Under the pieces are notes generated by a model. That model was not told where the DNA came from. It did not search any database and was given only the letters and a program-made list of their open reading frames with translations. A DNA stretch of 64,000 nt from a virus. Taxonomy: Duplodnaviria > Caudoviricetes. The position numbers were made by a program, and so were the translations under genes. Where the stretch lies: IMG/VR virus record IMGVR_UViG_3300010429_001264, one strand, 5' to 3'. Shown here one piece after another: positions 48,192 through 58,018 of the stretch. Positions within the stretch are counted from its first letter, which is position 1. Every line of letters begins with the position of its first letter.

Positions 48192-49961
48192 ATGAAAAAA
48201 ATTATCATATTCAGTCATAACTATTTATATAATAATTGGAAAACTGTCATTGAAGAGCAACTACAAAAATTATTGATGTCTGATTTATATTTATATTCGA
48301 CTGAAATAAATTATTGTGTTTATTCGGAAGAAGATGCTACTTATAGTGAGTTTTTAGAAATAATAAAAAATTACGATAGTCTAAACAAAATAAACATAAT
48401 AAGACACTCTGTTAATGAGCATGAGGTTGAAACGATTTATTACTTACAGCAAAGAGTTAATTCATTAGAAGAGGATTACAATGTTTTATATTATCATACA
48501 AAGGGAGTTACATCAGAGTTGAATCATTCTGATCAAGATGTTAATATGGATTGTGTTACATCTTGGAGGCATTTATTAGAATATTTTAATATTGAGCGGT
48601 GGAGTTATTCGATTGACAGGTTGGAATATCACGATATATCAGGAGTCCTATATATAGGGGATTCAGGGCAATATTATCAAAATTATTATTCTGGTAATTT
48701 TTGGTGGGCGAGATCCAGTTATATAAAAACATTACCAAATATAAAAGAAGTATATGCTAAACAACTAATCGAAAATAGTGATCTTGGTAGAATGATGTGC
48801 GAAAAATGGATTGGCATGTCACCACACAACTGGTTTTCTTTTTATTCACAAGATATAGTCAATATATACACAACATTTTTTGAAGAAAAATTATATAAAA
48901 AAACCATAGAAAAAAAAGATATTTTAATAATAGTAGATGGTTATATAAATTCCGATGTGAAAGAAAAAATGATGATAGATTGTATAAACAGTTTTAAAAA
49001 AACAGACTGTAAAGTTATGAGCATATCTCATAATACTTTATCAAAAGAAATACAAAATATATCAGATTATGTGTTCACGGATAAATCTAATGTTTATTTT
49101 AAAAATAATAATAAAAAAGGAATAAAAACATTCACAACAACAGATAAATTTTTAGTTGAAAACTATTTTAAATCAGAGTTATACACACATGTACCAAATG
49201 TGTTGATTGGAATTTATAACGCCGTTCAAACAGCAAAAATGCTCGGTTATAAATATTTTTTCTGTACGAGTTATGACTTCATTTTAGATGAAAAAGATAT
49301 TGATAAATTCAATGACATGATAAAACATCTTTATATAAAAGAAGGAGTTTTCTTTGGTAGTAAAATACCCGAACAAAATGAAGTTTTTCTATCTACACAC
49401 ACCTTATGTTCGTGCGATTATTTTTTAAATAATATATTACCAATAAAAAATGAAGATGATTGGTGGAATAATTGCTCTATGTTAGGAAATGAAACGTATG
49501 CTATAGAAATATATTTGGGAGCGAATTTAAAAAATAAATTAAAGGATATAAAAATTTTAAATTTTGAGGCTTCTAAATATTTTACAAATAGTAACACAAA
49601 TCTAATATCTTCTGGTCCAATGGTTAGTGTCGTTAGAATGCTTGATAAATTAAATAATAGATTTTACCCAAATATCATAGCATTTGTTTATAATTCTTAT
49701 CAAATATACAATGAATTTGAATCAGTTAAAATCAACGTATATAAAAAGGAAAATGAAAATTGGACAAATGTTTTCAGTTTAAATGAAACAATAAAAGATG
49801 GAAATTTACATTTTACTTTATTTGAAATGGAATATAATATTGATTATAAAATCATAACATATGACACAAAGATGGATAAAGAAAATGTTTTTATAGTTAA
49901 TACAAATAACATCAATGAGATAGATAAATTTGGATATATGAAACTATTTCAAAAAGAATAA
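48192..49961 (+). CDS. Two-domain putative glycosyltransferase
   Basis: VLYYHTKG, YSGNFWWARSSYI, EKWIG in domain 1; GT-A-like second domain (GYKYFF..SYD). Confidence 0.6.
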   Translation: MKKIIIFSHNYLYNNWKTVIEEQLQKLLMSDLYLYSTEINYCVYSEEDATYSEFLEIIKNYDSLNKINIIRHSVNEHEVETIYYLQQRVNSLEEDYNVLYYHTKGVTSELNHSDQDVNMDCVTSWRHLLEYFNIERWSYSIDRLEYHDISGVLYIGDSGQYYQNYYSGNFWWARSSYIKTLPNIKEVYAKQLIENSDLGRMMCEKWIGMSPHNWFSFYSQDIVNIYTTFFEEKLYKKTIEKKDILIIVDGYINSDVKEKMMIDCINSFKKTDCKVMSISHNTLSKEIQNISDYVFTDKSNVYFKNNNKKGIKTFTTTDKFLVENYFKSELYTHVPNVLIGIYNAVQTAKMLGYKYFFCTSYDFILDEKDIDKFNDMIKHLYIKEGVFFGSKIPEQNEVFLSTHTLCSCDYFLNNILPIKNEDDWWNNCSMLGNETYAIEIYLGANLKNKLKDIKILNFEASKYFTNSNTNLISSGPMVSVVRMLDKLNNRFYPNIIAFVYNSYQIYNEFESVKINVYKKENENWTNVFSLNETIKDGNLHFTLFEMEYNIDYKIITYDTKMDKENVFIVNTNNINEIDKFGYMKLFQKE

Positions 49962-50115
49962 ACAATTTTCATAAAAATTCTTGTCACCAACACATCTAGA
50001 TGACAATTATATCTATTTTTATCTCATCATCAATAATATCTAAAATATCTTTTTCGGATGTTCCTTTAAAATTTTTGAAAAGAATTATGTGTTTCATATT
50101 TTTATATATATAAAT

Positions 50116-50808
50116 ATGTTTATCAAAAAATTTGAATCTTTTAGTGAAGAATCCTCCATAGAGAGAACATATTCATATTCTAAAATATGTTTGGATGACT
50201 ATTTAACAGAATATGATAATATATTCAAACACAGATATAGAAATTTAAAAAATGGTGAAATTAAAGAACTGGAAGAAATATTTAATAAAAAATTAATTTT
50301 TGAAGAAGGAGATAGCCTCAAGATTTTTAATCCAAATGATTTTCGTGTTGAGCAAATAACACTGAAACAAACTCCAAAAATAAAAAGAAATATTTATAAA
50401 GATAAAAAGGGTGGAGAATATATAAAATTTATTCATAAAAAAAAGGCTGGATATGCCTATGCTTGGCCAAAAAGGAAAAAAGCAAATGATGAAGAAGAAA
50501 CCTATTATTTAATGCCAGTTCCAGATGTATTAAAAATATATGACATTGAAGAGTTTTTAATTGATTTAAATTCAAAGAATGATAATTCTAGATGTATAAT
50601 ATCCGCTTTTGATCATTATGATGAACAACACACATTTGATGTTAAAAATTTTAGATTTGTTTACGAAGAAAGAAGAAAAAATATTTTTTTAATAGATATA
50701 GATATTCAAAGAGTTTATGATATTGAAATGTCTCTTCCAATAGAGTTTTATTCGAGTAAAAGCGTTAATTTAGAAGATGATCCCTGGTGTGAAGAAAATT
50801 GGGACTAA
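50116..50808 (+). CDS. Hypothetical protein with CTS-like start and C-terminal DDPWCEENWD
   Basis: Start moved to MFIKKFESFSEE. Confidence 0.7.
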   Translation: MFIKKFESFSEESSIERTYSYSKICLDDYLTEYDNIFKHRYRNLKNGEIKELEEIFNKKLIFEEGDSLKIFNPNDFRVEQITLKQTPKIKRNIYKDKKGGEYIKFIHKKKAGYAYAWPKRKKANDEEETYYLMPVPDVLKIYDIEEFLIDLNSKNDNSRCIISAFDHYDEQHTFDVKNFRFVYEERRKNIFLIDIDIQRVYDIEMSLPIEFYSSKSVNLEDDPWCEENWD

Positions 50809-50809
50809 A

Positions 50810-50953
50810 TGAACTACTACTACACTAAAGATGTAGTAGTTTCTACGCCACAAGCACAATGTAACCATTCACTTTGAGTGACGCTGGGTTGGTTCCTCAA
50901 CCCTATTTTTTTTATATTCATAGCGGCATTTATATTTCTATCGTGTTCTAGCC
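50810..50953 (-). mobile_element. tnpB: IS200/IS605-type tnpB 3' remnant with right end / omegaRNA scaffold
   Basis: Frame LEHDRNINAAMNIKKIGL...ETTTSLV*; terminal hairpin AACTACTACATCTTTAGTGTAGTAGTAGTTCA. Confidence 0.8.
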
Positions 50954-50954
50954 G

Positions 50955-51580
50955 AACTACTGTGCCGTCTTTCAAGATGGTTTCCCACCTATCAAACTAG
51001 TGATCACCCTTGATGTGCTAGATCTCGGATTTATTCACCTACCCCTTATTAATCAACGAAATAATGTGTTGGATGTTGTCTGAAGCCGGTGTCCCCACCC
51101 TTATTTTCTCCCTTCGGTTCCCCCTTTCGAGGCCGTTAAAGAAGATTATCCTTTCCAAAGGTTCAAACATCACATTTTCTCGTCTGTTTCCGCTATAAGC
51201 GAAACCATCGGTTAGCCGATGAAAACGAGGCTTGCTTAGATGGACCCGTTTCAGGGCGATAGAGTTGTGGATACCTCTACCTTTCGACACATTACTGTGT
51301 CATATCCACGTTGCTCCCCCGTAGGGGGCAACCAGTTCCAAGCGACTGTTAATATCTTTACAAAATATCAAAGAACTTATTGGCACTCAGTGAAAGTTTC
51401 GCTCTTCCATTATCACTCTTGTGACTAACCTCTACTAGTGAGGACTGAGTATATTTTGAATGCTTTTTAGCTTGCGGTGGCTGACACATTTTTCAGTGAC
51501 AATTTAAATGCGAAGGAAACCTAGCCTCACTTTCCTCACATACCATCGCGGCCGACTAGACCTGAACCTTTAACTAAAAA
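50955..51580 (-). ncRNA. Large structured non-coding RNA B (unidentified)
   Basis: GC-rich relative to genome; many tetraloop hairpins; TAnnTTTG (51626) and boxA (51585, 51367) upstream; boundaries approximate. Confidence 0.7.
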
Positions 51581-51689
51581 GACATTCAAAGAACTTAATT
51601 TCATTTTTTTTTTCAAATAACGATGCAAAAGTATAAATTATATCTCAAATAAAAAAATAGTTTTAAAAATTTTTTTTATTTTTTTTTTA

Positions 51690-52320
51690 GCACCCTCTTG
51701 TCTTACTACTGGACGGTACTTCGGGACGAACCTTTCTAGCCACGTAGCTTTCATAGTAAGAGTAAGGTCTAGCTGAGCGCTCATTCGTGTTGTAGAGATT
51801 TACTAATTCATAGATTTTGTCAGTATTTAGCCTTCCCTCTCTGAGGCAATTTTATTCCTTGCTCAAGGGAACAACACGTATAGGATTACTCCGAGTTTTT
51901 GTATCCGTTATTCACGTAGTGGATGCAATTACATACCTAATCACATAGGTCTTTTGCCACATTGGGACGTATAACCGATTCTTTGCACACACCCCATTAG
52001 TCATATTTCATTATCACAATGAACGTTCGTTACCTACAGACGTCAGATGTGCCTACAAAATTAAACCACAACCCCTTATGGTTTACTCATCCTGTCAATT
52101 CAGGATTTATCATCTTTTTGTGAATATGCATTATGCAACATGATTATAGTGCGGTGCAAGCCCACTCTCTATATTCACAAAGGATCAATGTTTAGCCTAA
52201 GTTGTGTAAGTTAGCCAACGAATTGTTAAAAACAATGGGACTTCTGTTGTATCATACATCTTTCATAGCGGCTCCCCAAGCTCAAAATGTCATTATTAAC
52301 AAACAACAACTTTAAATTTT
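51690..52320 (-). ncRNA. Large structured non-coding RNA A (GOLLD/ROOL-class candidate)
   Basis: No ORF; long stems TTTGTGAATAT/ATATTCACAAA, CGTGTTGT/ACAACACG, TCTTACTA/TAGTAAGA; downstream of tRNA and boxA. Confidence 0.65.
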
Positions 52321-52345
52321 CATTTCAAAAAATCAAAGAACTTTT

Positions 52346-52413
52346 TCAAGGCTCTGAGGTTCACGCAGCGAATACCCTCGACTTAGCCCTACGCTGCGTT
52401 ACGGGCACCTTGA
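52346..52413 (-). ncRNA. Small stem-loop RNA element
   Basis: TCAAGG/CCTTGA closing stem enclosing ACGCAGCG/CGCTGCGT. Confidence 0.5.
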
Positions 52414-52418
52414 TTTTG

Positions 52419-52492
52419 TAGCGGATAGTGGCTCTGCCCCACTGATCTTGAGGTTATGAATCTCACGAGATGACTGACTTCTCCAATCCGCG
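52419..52492 (-). tRNA. tRNA-Met(CAT), initiator-like
   Basis: CGCGGAT/ATCCGCT-A with unpaired C1; loop TTCATAA; T-loop GGCAGAG. Confidence 0.85.
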
Positions 52493-53039
52493 ATATATTT
52501 TCAATTTCATCAATGAACGGCGACGATTAAAACGATACAAAAGTACTACAAGTTTTTTAAAAAAAAAATATTTTAGAAATTTCTTAGCTGGATTAATATA
52601 TATTAACTAAAAAATGTCATTTTTTTCCATTTTGGATTATTATTTATCTATGAAGTTTAAAAAAGTTTATTTTTTTTTCAATCAATTTAAACAAGTCTTC
52701 ACCATAACAATTTGTTGAATCTGTTATATACATATTTTTTTATATCTTTTGATATGTTTTAATTTGTTTTATTTTTATCAATCCAATCCAATTTCACTAG
52801 AAACATACACAGTTTCTAACATATCATTTAATTCAGATATAACTGATATCACCAGGTAGAAATTCCACCACTTCCGCCATCAGGTTTCGGGTCATTATCT
52901 ATATCGTCATCATTAGGAGAAGGATACTCACCTGTTTGGTCATCATCAGTTAAAGCAGCTGCTATTAAAGCAGATATTCCGAGTAACTCTAAAAACATAA
53001 TAACTCCTTTCTTTTTATTATTATATATTAAATTATATT

Positions 53040-53639
53040 TTAATTTGTTTTATTTTCGACAACTTTCTTTTGAAAAAATTCATCAATAGATGGTATAACT
53101 TCTTTCGGCACTTCACTTGAATATAACAGCTCAACTTTACTTTCGCCATTTGTTGGCATCACAACATTAACAATTTCATATTTTTCCTTTATTCCATCAG
53201 AAAATAAACTGTTATATTTTTTGGTCATTTTATCAATTTCTTCTTCAGAATCAACATTAACATAATATGAAAGAATCAACAATTCCTTTTTCTGTTTCGT
53301 CATGGGTAGTAAAATGGGTATTCGTGCCCGAGAAGGATTCGTTTTATATTCTTCAAACTCAGATGGACTCATTATTAAAGAGTGCACCAAAGCTCCAGTT
53401 TTGGTCTTGTTCTTTATGGTGTTGATTAAAATATCGCCTTTCCTAGATCTATCTAAAAAAGTGTTAATTGTAGAATTATACATTGTATCAATTTTTCCTA
53501 TAATCCCAACATCATTTGACTCACCTATAGCCATATATTGGCCATAAACATCTTTTGTCAATTTAATAGAATCGCCATTTTTAACCTTTGCTAATTCATC
53601 TAGACTTACCCAAGTCAATTTGAAAAAATATTCATCCAT
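53040..53639 (-). CDS. Hypothetical protein
   Basis: ORF downstream of SbcC. Confidence 0.65.
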   Translation of the reverse strand: MDEYFFKLTWVSLDELAKVKNGDSIKLTKDVYGQYMAIGESNDVGIIGKIDTMYNSTINTFLDRSRKGDILINTIKNKTKTGALVHSLIMSPSEFEEYKTNPSRARIPILLPMTKQKKELLILSYYVNVDSEEEIDKMTKKYNSLFSDGIKEKYEIVNVVMPTNGESKVELLYSSEVPKEVIPSIDEFFQKKVVENKTN

Positions 53640-53653
53640 TTTCTAACTATTTT

Positions 53654-55366
53654 TTAATTGTTACTAATTTCTTCTATTTGTGAAAAACCATATTCTTTAT
53701 TTATATTAATCACTCTATCAAATCCTGTCATATCAAAATTTGAATGATTAACTATTATGATATTTATTTTGTTTCTTACTGAGAATTTTTTCAATACCTT
53801 TAATATTAGATTTATGTTTTCTGGATCTACCGAAGCAAAAACTTCATCCATAAAAAGTATGTTTGTTTTTTTATTCATTTTTAAAATCATTTCCATATAA
53901 GAAAGAGCTATGGCTATGTTTATTTTTCTCGCTTCGCCAGTAGATAATGTTTCTATATGGACTTCTTCATATCTATCTTTTATTAGTGCATCAAATTGAT
54001 TATTTAATTTAACATTATGAGTCGCTTCCAATTCTACTAAATAATCTGATAAATGTTCGTTTATTGGATCAACAATAGTATCTATAATTCCCTGTCTTAT
54101 ACCCCTTTCTGACAAAACATTCAATATTTTTTCCAATCTTATAATTTTATCGTTTATAATATCTAATTCTTGTTTCGTATTGGTAATATCATTTTCTAAT
54201 TTTTTTATATTTTTATTTATTTCAGTAACAGAAGTAGAATCGATATTACTATTATCATATTGCATTTTCAAATTACTCAACTCTAGTTTTATTTTGCTTA
54301 ATTCTAAATTTTTTTCATCCAGCAAAGTTAATATATTTTTTCTTTCCCTATTCTTATTTATAGTTTCTTTTTTTAAATTTGAATGTAAACTTTTAAATTC
54401 TAATAATTCTTTTTGTTTGATAGAGTATTCATCATTTAAATTTTTATGTTCTTTTTTATGAAAATCTGTTATCAGGTCTGTTCCACATAACGGACAATGC
54501 CCGTTTTCAAATATTTCTAATTTTTTAAACAAATCATTTATTTCAAAATCATCTTCAAATAATTTATTTTTTTGAGCTTCCAGCACCTTTGCACCGCTTC
54601 TTATCGCATCATTCAGCGGTTTTAATTCATATTTTAATTCGGATATATCTTTTTTTAAATTATCATAAACTCCCTTCAACTGAAGCATTTTTTCTTTAAT
54701 TTCAATTTTTGTTGATATCTCTTTTGATTGTTCGATAATATTATCAAGACTTTCTTTATAAGAAGATATCATATTTTCGTCATATATTATTCTGTTTTCT
54801 AATTCTTCTTTCTGTTTATAAATCGGTTTTAATATTTCCTTTGTGATAGACAAATAGTTATCAAATTCATCCAGATTAAAGAGTTTGTTTAAAAGCTTTC
54901 TTTTAGTTTCGGCATCTAAATTAATAAAATTCGCGAAATCCGCCAAATTTAATGATACTAAAGATTTATAAGTATTATATTCCAGTCCTATTATATCGTC
55001 TTTTTCTTGTTGGGTCATCAACTCAAACTTATCTGTCATATCAACATCATCCTTTAAGAACTTTATACCTTTTGGAGCGAGTTTTCTGTTGATTACGATA
55101 TTGTTTCCCAACCAGTTATAAAAATTGATTTCTACTTCCAGATTTTTATTAAAACGATTTGGAAGGACATAAGTGGGAACTCTTTTTATATTTTTTCCTC
55201 TAACTATATTAAATATCGAAAAATCAATAGATTCCAACAAACTACTTTTACCTTTACCATTCTCTCCCCGTATTAAGATCAATTCCCCATCATTAGAAAA
55301 TTTTAGCGTTTGCATATTATTTCCATAACTTTTAAAATTTCTTAGGGATATACTATTGATTATCAT
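53654..55366 (-). CDS. SbcC/Rad50/T4 gp46-like recombination ATPase
   Basis: Walker A GENGKGKS, coiled coil with CPLC hook, LSTGE signature, FMDE Walker B, H-loop. Confidence 0.92.
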   Translation of the reverse strand: MIINSISLRNFKSYGNNMQTLKFSNDGELILIRGENGKGKSSLLESIDFSIFNIVRGKNIKRVPTYVLPNRFNKNLEVEINFYNWLGNNIVINRKLAPKGIKFLKDDVDMTDKFELMTQQEKDDIIGLEYNTYKSLVSLNLADFANFINLDAETKRKLLNKLFNLDEFDNYLSITKEILKPIYKQKEELENRIIYDENMISSYKESLDNIIEQSKEISTKIEIKEKMLQLKGVYDNLKKDISELKYELKPLNDAIRSGAKVLEAQKNKLFEDDFEINDLFKKLEIFENGHCPLCGTDLITDFHKKEHKNLNDEYSIKQKELLEFKSLHSNLKKETINKNRERKNILTLLDEKNLELSKIKLELSNLKMQYDNSNIDSTSVTEINKNIKKLENDITNTKQELDIINDKIIRLEKILNVLSERGIRQGIIDTIVDPINEHLSDYLVELEATHNVKLNNQFDALIKDRYEEVHIETLSTGEARKINIAIALSYMEMILKMNKKTNILFMDEVFASVDPENINLILKVLKKFSVRNKINIIIVNHSNFDMTGFDRVININKEYGFSQIEEISNN

Positions 55367-55731
55367 AACACTTCGAATAATTTTCCTAAAATGACATCTC
55401 TTTTAAAGTTCTGGAATTCTTCTTCGGTCATTATGGCGGAACTGGTCAATTTATTTATAACAATAACTTCATTATCAACAATATGGATGGTCATTAAAAC
55501 TTTACTCCATAATGTTATATTATAATTAAATCCATCAAGCCCGCCTCGACGAAGAATCGGAACACTATTTTTATCTATTCTTATAGGCAAAAGTCTTGGA
55601 TTTTCTTTTCTAGTTTTCCAATATCTCTTTTTTATAATAGATAAAAAAAGCATTTTTATTACATCATCTTCATCAATATCTATAAACTCTGGAAATTTAG
55701 CCAAAAATTTAAAATAACTTATATTTTTCAT
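55363..55731 (-). CDS. Hypothetical protein
   Basis: Coupled to the SbcC start. Confidence 0.6.
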   Translation of the reverse strand: MKNISYFKFLAKFPEFIDIDEDDVIKMLFLSIIKKRYWKTRKENPRLLPIRIDKNSVPILRRGGLDGFNYNITLWSKVLMTIHIVDNEVIVINKLTSSAIMTEEEFQNFKRDVILGKLFEVL

Positions 55732-55773
55732 TATTTTAATATATGACGCAAGAAGACTTTTGTTTTAAATTGA

Positions 55774-56184
55774 TTATGCTTCTCTAACCTCGAACCCCAA
55801 TTTACGAAAATAATTTTTCATTTCCGATAGAGTTTTCTTCCCAAAATAGATTAGAGACCCCTCGCTACCATCATCCCAGTCTCCTTTTGCGGCGGCAGCA
55901 ATATCTGGATATAAATCTAAGATATGATTATCTATCAACGCCCCATCTTTTTTTCTAAAAAATGCAATTTCTATTTCAGATCCGGGTTTGTCAACCACAA
56001 TTTCATCACCATCATCATCAAATGACAATATTATCACATAAGTATTATTTCTATCCCTGTCGCCATATACATCATCATCTCCATCATCATATCCTCCGCC
56101 ATCGTCGTCAAATTCAAAATCTATTAGTTCGCCATTTTCATCTATATAGGCTTCTTTTAAAAAATCTTTAAATGTTTTTTTCAT
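55774..56184 (-). CDS. Acidic protein with T4-like CTS
   Basis: MKKTFKDFLKE. Confidence 0.7.
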   Translation of the reverse strand: MKKTFKDFLKEAYIDENGELIDFEFDDDGGGYDDGDDDVYGDRDRNNTYVIILSFDDDGDEIVVDKPGSEIEIAFFRKKDGALIDNHILDLYPDIAAAAKGDWDDGSEGSLIYFGKKTLSEMKNYFRKLGFEVREA

Positions 56185-56190
56185 ATTTCT

Positions 56191-56889
56191 TTATTTCTTT
56201 TTAAAATTGTATAATTGATCATTTTTAATAAGACTATCGTTCAATTTTGTTAAATCCAAATAGTATGTTGAATCATTGCCATAGATCTCAACTTTATTTT
56301 TCAATTCAGTTTTCTGTTTCTTTTTATCATCTTCTAGACTTCTAGCATGTCTATATCCAAGCATACAAATTATAATGGCTATAATTTCTAAAGAAGCCAA
56401 AGCGAGTCCAATTATAAATCTTTCATTTTCTAAATAAAACATTTTTTTTGATTTCTTGACAACAATATCTTCACCCCAGGGATCTCCATCTTCTTCGACA
56501 TTCGTATTTTTGGCCTCCCTATTATTTCTTATAAAAGATATTATTTTCCTTAATAAAAATTTAGAATATAAGAACATAAAAAGAAGTGGTATTGTTGAGA
56601 TTATTGTTAAACAAACATAAACTAACGTATCACCAAATGATTCATTTTGAATTATTAATTTATCGTCTATTTTTTTATCCACATCTTTTAGTATCGAAGG
56701 TATGTTTATGCTTCTACCAATAAAGAATTTTTTAAATATCCTTGGGAGGTCTATATATTTTTTTATCCTAATTTTATCACTATGATTATCTAATATGTAT
56801 TGAACGACATCAATTATTTCTTTCTCAATTGTTGAACCAAAATCAACACCTTCTTTAATAAAATTATTATATGTATTTATGTATTTCAT
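56191..56889 (-). CDS. Two-TM membrane protein with CTS-like start and DPWGE loop
   Basis: MKYINTYNNFIKE; EDGDPWGED between two hydrophobic helices. Confidence 0.7.
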   Translation of the reverse strand: MKYINTYNNFIKEGVDFGSTIEKEIIDVVQYILDNHSDKIRIKKYIDLPRIFKKFFIGRSINIPSILKDVDKKIDDKLIIQNESFGDTLVYVCLTIISTIPLLFMFLYSKFLLRKIISFIRNNREAKNTNVEEDGDPWGEDIVVKKSKKMFYLENERFIIGLALASLEIIAIIICMLGYRHARSLEDDKKKQKTELKNKVEIYGNDSTYYLDLTKLNDSLIKNDQLYNFKKK

Positions 56890-56940
56890 CGTAATTACTA
56901 TATATTAAAAAATAAAATAATAATTTTAATATATAGTAAT

Positions 56941-57228
56941 ATGATACTAGATTTTAAAACATATAAATTATTCGAAAGTCTTCCGCGTCAATCTACGGTG
57001 GATCAATTAAAAAGAATAAGAGAAGAGATTAAAAAATCTCGAGATATCAAAATTGGTCCAGTGGCAATAAAAAATGGTGGCGGAGATATTGGAGATAAAG
57101 TTACCAGTGATTTGAAAAAACATCAACAAAATAATTTGTTTTGGTGGGATAATCCAATAGATAGAAAAATAGACTCTTATGAAGATTTTATTGAAAATGA
57201 TAATAAAAAGGGTCTAGGCTACGTTTAA
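56941..57228 (+). CDS. Hypothetical protein with CTS-like start
   Basis: MILDFKTYKLFE. Confidence 0.65.
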   Translation: MILDFKTYKLFESLPRQSTVDQLKRIREEIKKSRDIKIGPVAIKNGGGDIGDKVTSDLKKHQQNNLFWWDNPIDRKIDSYEDFIENDNKKGLGYV

Positions 57229-57908
57229 ACACTAAATCTTTCTTTGATATTTTTTCTGAGTTCTGTGAGTTCATCTATTTGTGCTTGGTCAACTATGTTA
57301 TTTATAACATATTCCAATATTTCTATTGCCCCGTATAGGTATTCTTTATCAACATTGTCTGGTATATTAAATATTGGAGAAAACCTCTTCGAATAATGAC
57401 ACGCTGAATTGAGATCCCCTCTTTTATTTCCTTGCTTGAACTTTAATGGTTTTTCTTCTTGTGGAAAAAGAACAAAATTTGGATCCTTATCATACTTTTC
57501 CACTTCACGCAGTCTGTCATCGAAAGTCGAAGTATCGCCTGATAAATCGCGCAACTCTGAGATAAATTTTTTATATTGTTCTATTTCCTTGGTTCTTTCT
57601 TCTTTTTCTCTTTCCCAATTTCTAATTTTATATTTGTATGTATCTAATTCTGTATCAAGTTCATCAACAAGTTGCCCGTGATCATTCCAATCGTATCCTG
57701 AACCAACAATAAAAAACATTTGATATAAAACTTTCATTCTGCCATATTTTTTGTCGAATAATGTTGGATACATTTTTATGCAAGATTCTATTTCTTCATC
57801 CAAATTACATATAACATAATTCTTTAAATGGAGATCAGCATATGGATCGAAGTCTTCTTGCCAGGGATCTTCATCATCAAATTGCTCAAACAATTTTAAA
57901 TGTTTCAT
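57225..57908 (-). CDS. Hypothetical protein with CTS-like and DPW motifs
   Basis: MKHLKLFEQFDDEDPWQED. Confidence 0.75.
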   Translation of the reverse strand: MKHLKLFEQFDDEDPWQEDFDPYADLHLKNYVICNLDEEIESCIKMYPTLFDKKYGRMKVLYQMFFIVGSGYDWNDHGQLVDELDTELDTYKYKIRNWEREKEERTKEIEQYKKFISELRDLSGDTSTFDDRLREVEKYDKDPNFVLFPQEEKPLKFKQGNKRGDLNSACHYSKRFSPIFNIPDNVDKEYLYGAIEILEYVINNIVDQAQIDELTELRKNIKERFSV

Positions 57909-58018
57909 ATTATTTCACCAAGTTTTCTTTTATTCGATTCTAATAATTTCTTTCTTGCTAGCGTCTGGTCTTTTAAATATTCTGCCTTCATTAAAAGATT
58001 CAAAATTCTCTATATTTT

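Noticed and set aside
51500-51560. RNase P RNA (GAGGAAAGT)
   Set aside because: The motif continues GAGG rather than CC, and I could not find the complementary 3' P4 strand.
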